Source: Lytechinus pictus (lineage: Eukaryota). From it: a DNA stretch of 64,000 nucleotides. The stretch covers positions 19,594,001-19,658,000 of the forward strand of contig NC_087250.1 in assembly GCF_037042905.1 (NCBI RefSeq), given 5' to 3'. This document shows, piece by piece, positions 63,760 to 64,000 of the stretch (its first letter is position 1; every line of letters begins with the position of its first letter). The translations under genes and the position numbers were made by a program. The notes beneath the pieces were generated by a model. The model worked only from the letters and a program-made list of their open reading frames with translations. It made no database searches and had not been told where the DNA came from.

Positions 63760-63931
63760 GTGGGTGTTTCATAAAGCTGTTCGTAAGATAAGAACGACTT
63801 TAAGAACGACTGGTGATCCTTTCTTGTGGTAAATGGTATACACCATAGGCGATGGTTTAGCGCGTAAGAAAGGATCACCAGTCGTTCTTAAAGTCGCTCT
63901 TAACTTACGAACAGCTTTATGAAATGGCCTC
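63760..63931. mobile_element. PIF/Harbinger-like MITE, same family as 7046-7217
   Basis: Near-identical sequence in inverted orientation; CAG/CTG flanks. Confidence 0.75.
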
Positions 63932-64000
63932 CTGGAACAATATCAAGACCGGTATAAAATTTAAGTTACAACTCAAGGCCAATTTGATTTTTAACTGTAT

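Overview
AT-rich, intron-rich animal genomic DNA. The repeat landscape looks like a deuterostome invertebrate such as a sea urchin (inference only). Three protein-coding loci can be built by hand. (1) A complete 13-exon tectonic (TCTN1/TCTN3-like) ciliary transition-zone gene on the minus strand, 19200->1979, 707 aa, whose frame closes cleanly through a U12-type AT-AC intron at 5108-5889. (2) A small orphan gene on the plus strand from 25102, 129 aa unspliced or about 144 aa with a second exon. (3) The 3' nine exons of a minus-strand YWTD beta-propeller + 5xEGF protein, 59941->31888, with no transmembrane segment and a 10.8-kb GC-AG intron. The rest is mostly mobile DNA: a decayed intron-containing pogo-type transposase, a 3.56-kb foldback element with IS3EU-like ends and 20-bp minisatellites, two minimal Penelope-type hammerhead ribozyme motifs, hAT/PIF-Harbinger/CACTG/Tc1/TTAA-type non-autonomous elements (some nested), Helentron-like elements, tRNA-derived SINEs, a truncated LINE and long trinucleotide microsatellites. 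Most ORFs in the supplied track are spurious. No CRISPR or prokaryotic system is present. All family assignments come from motif recognition, not database searches.
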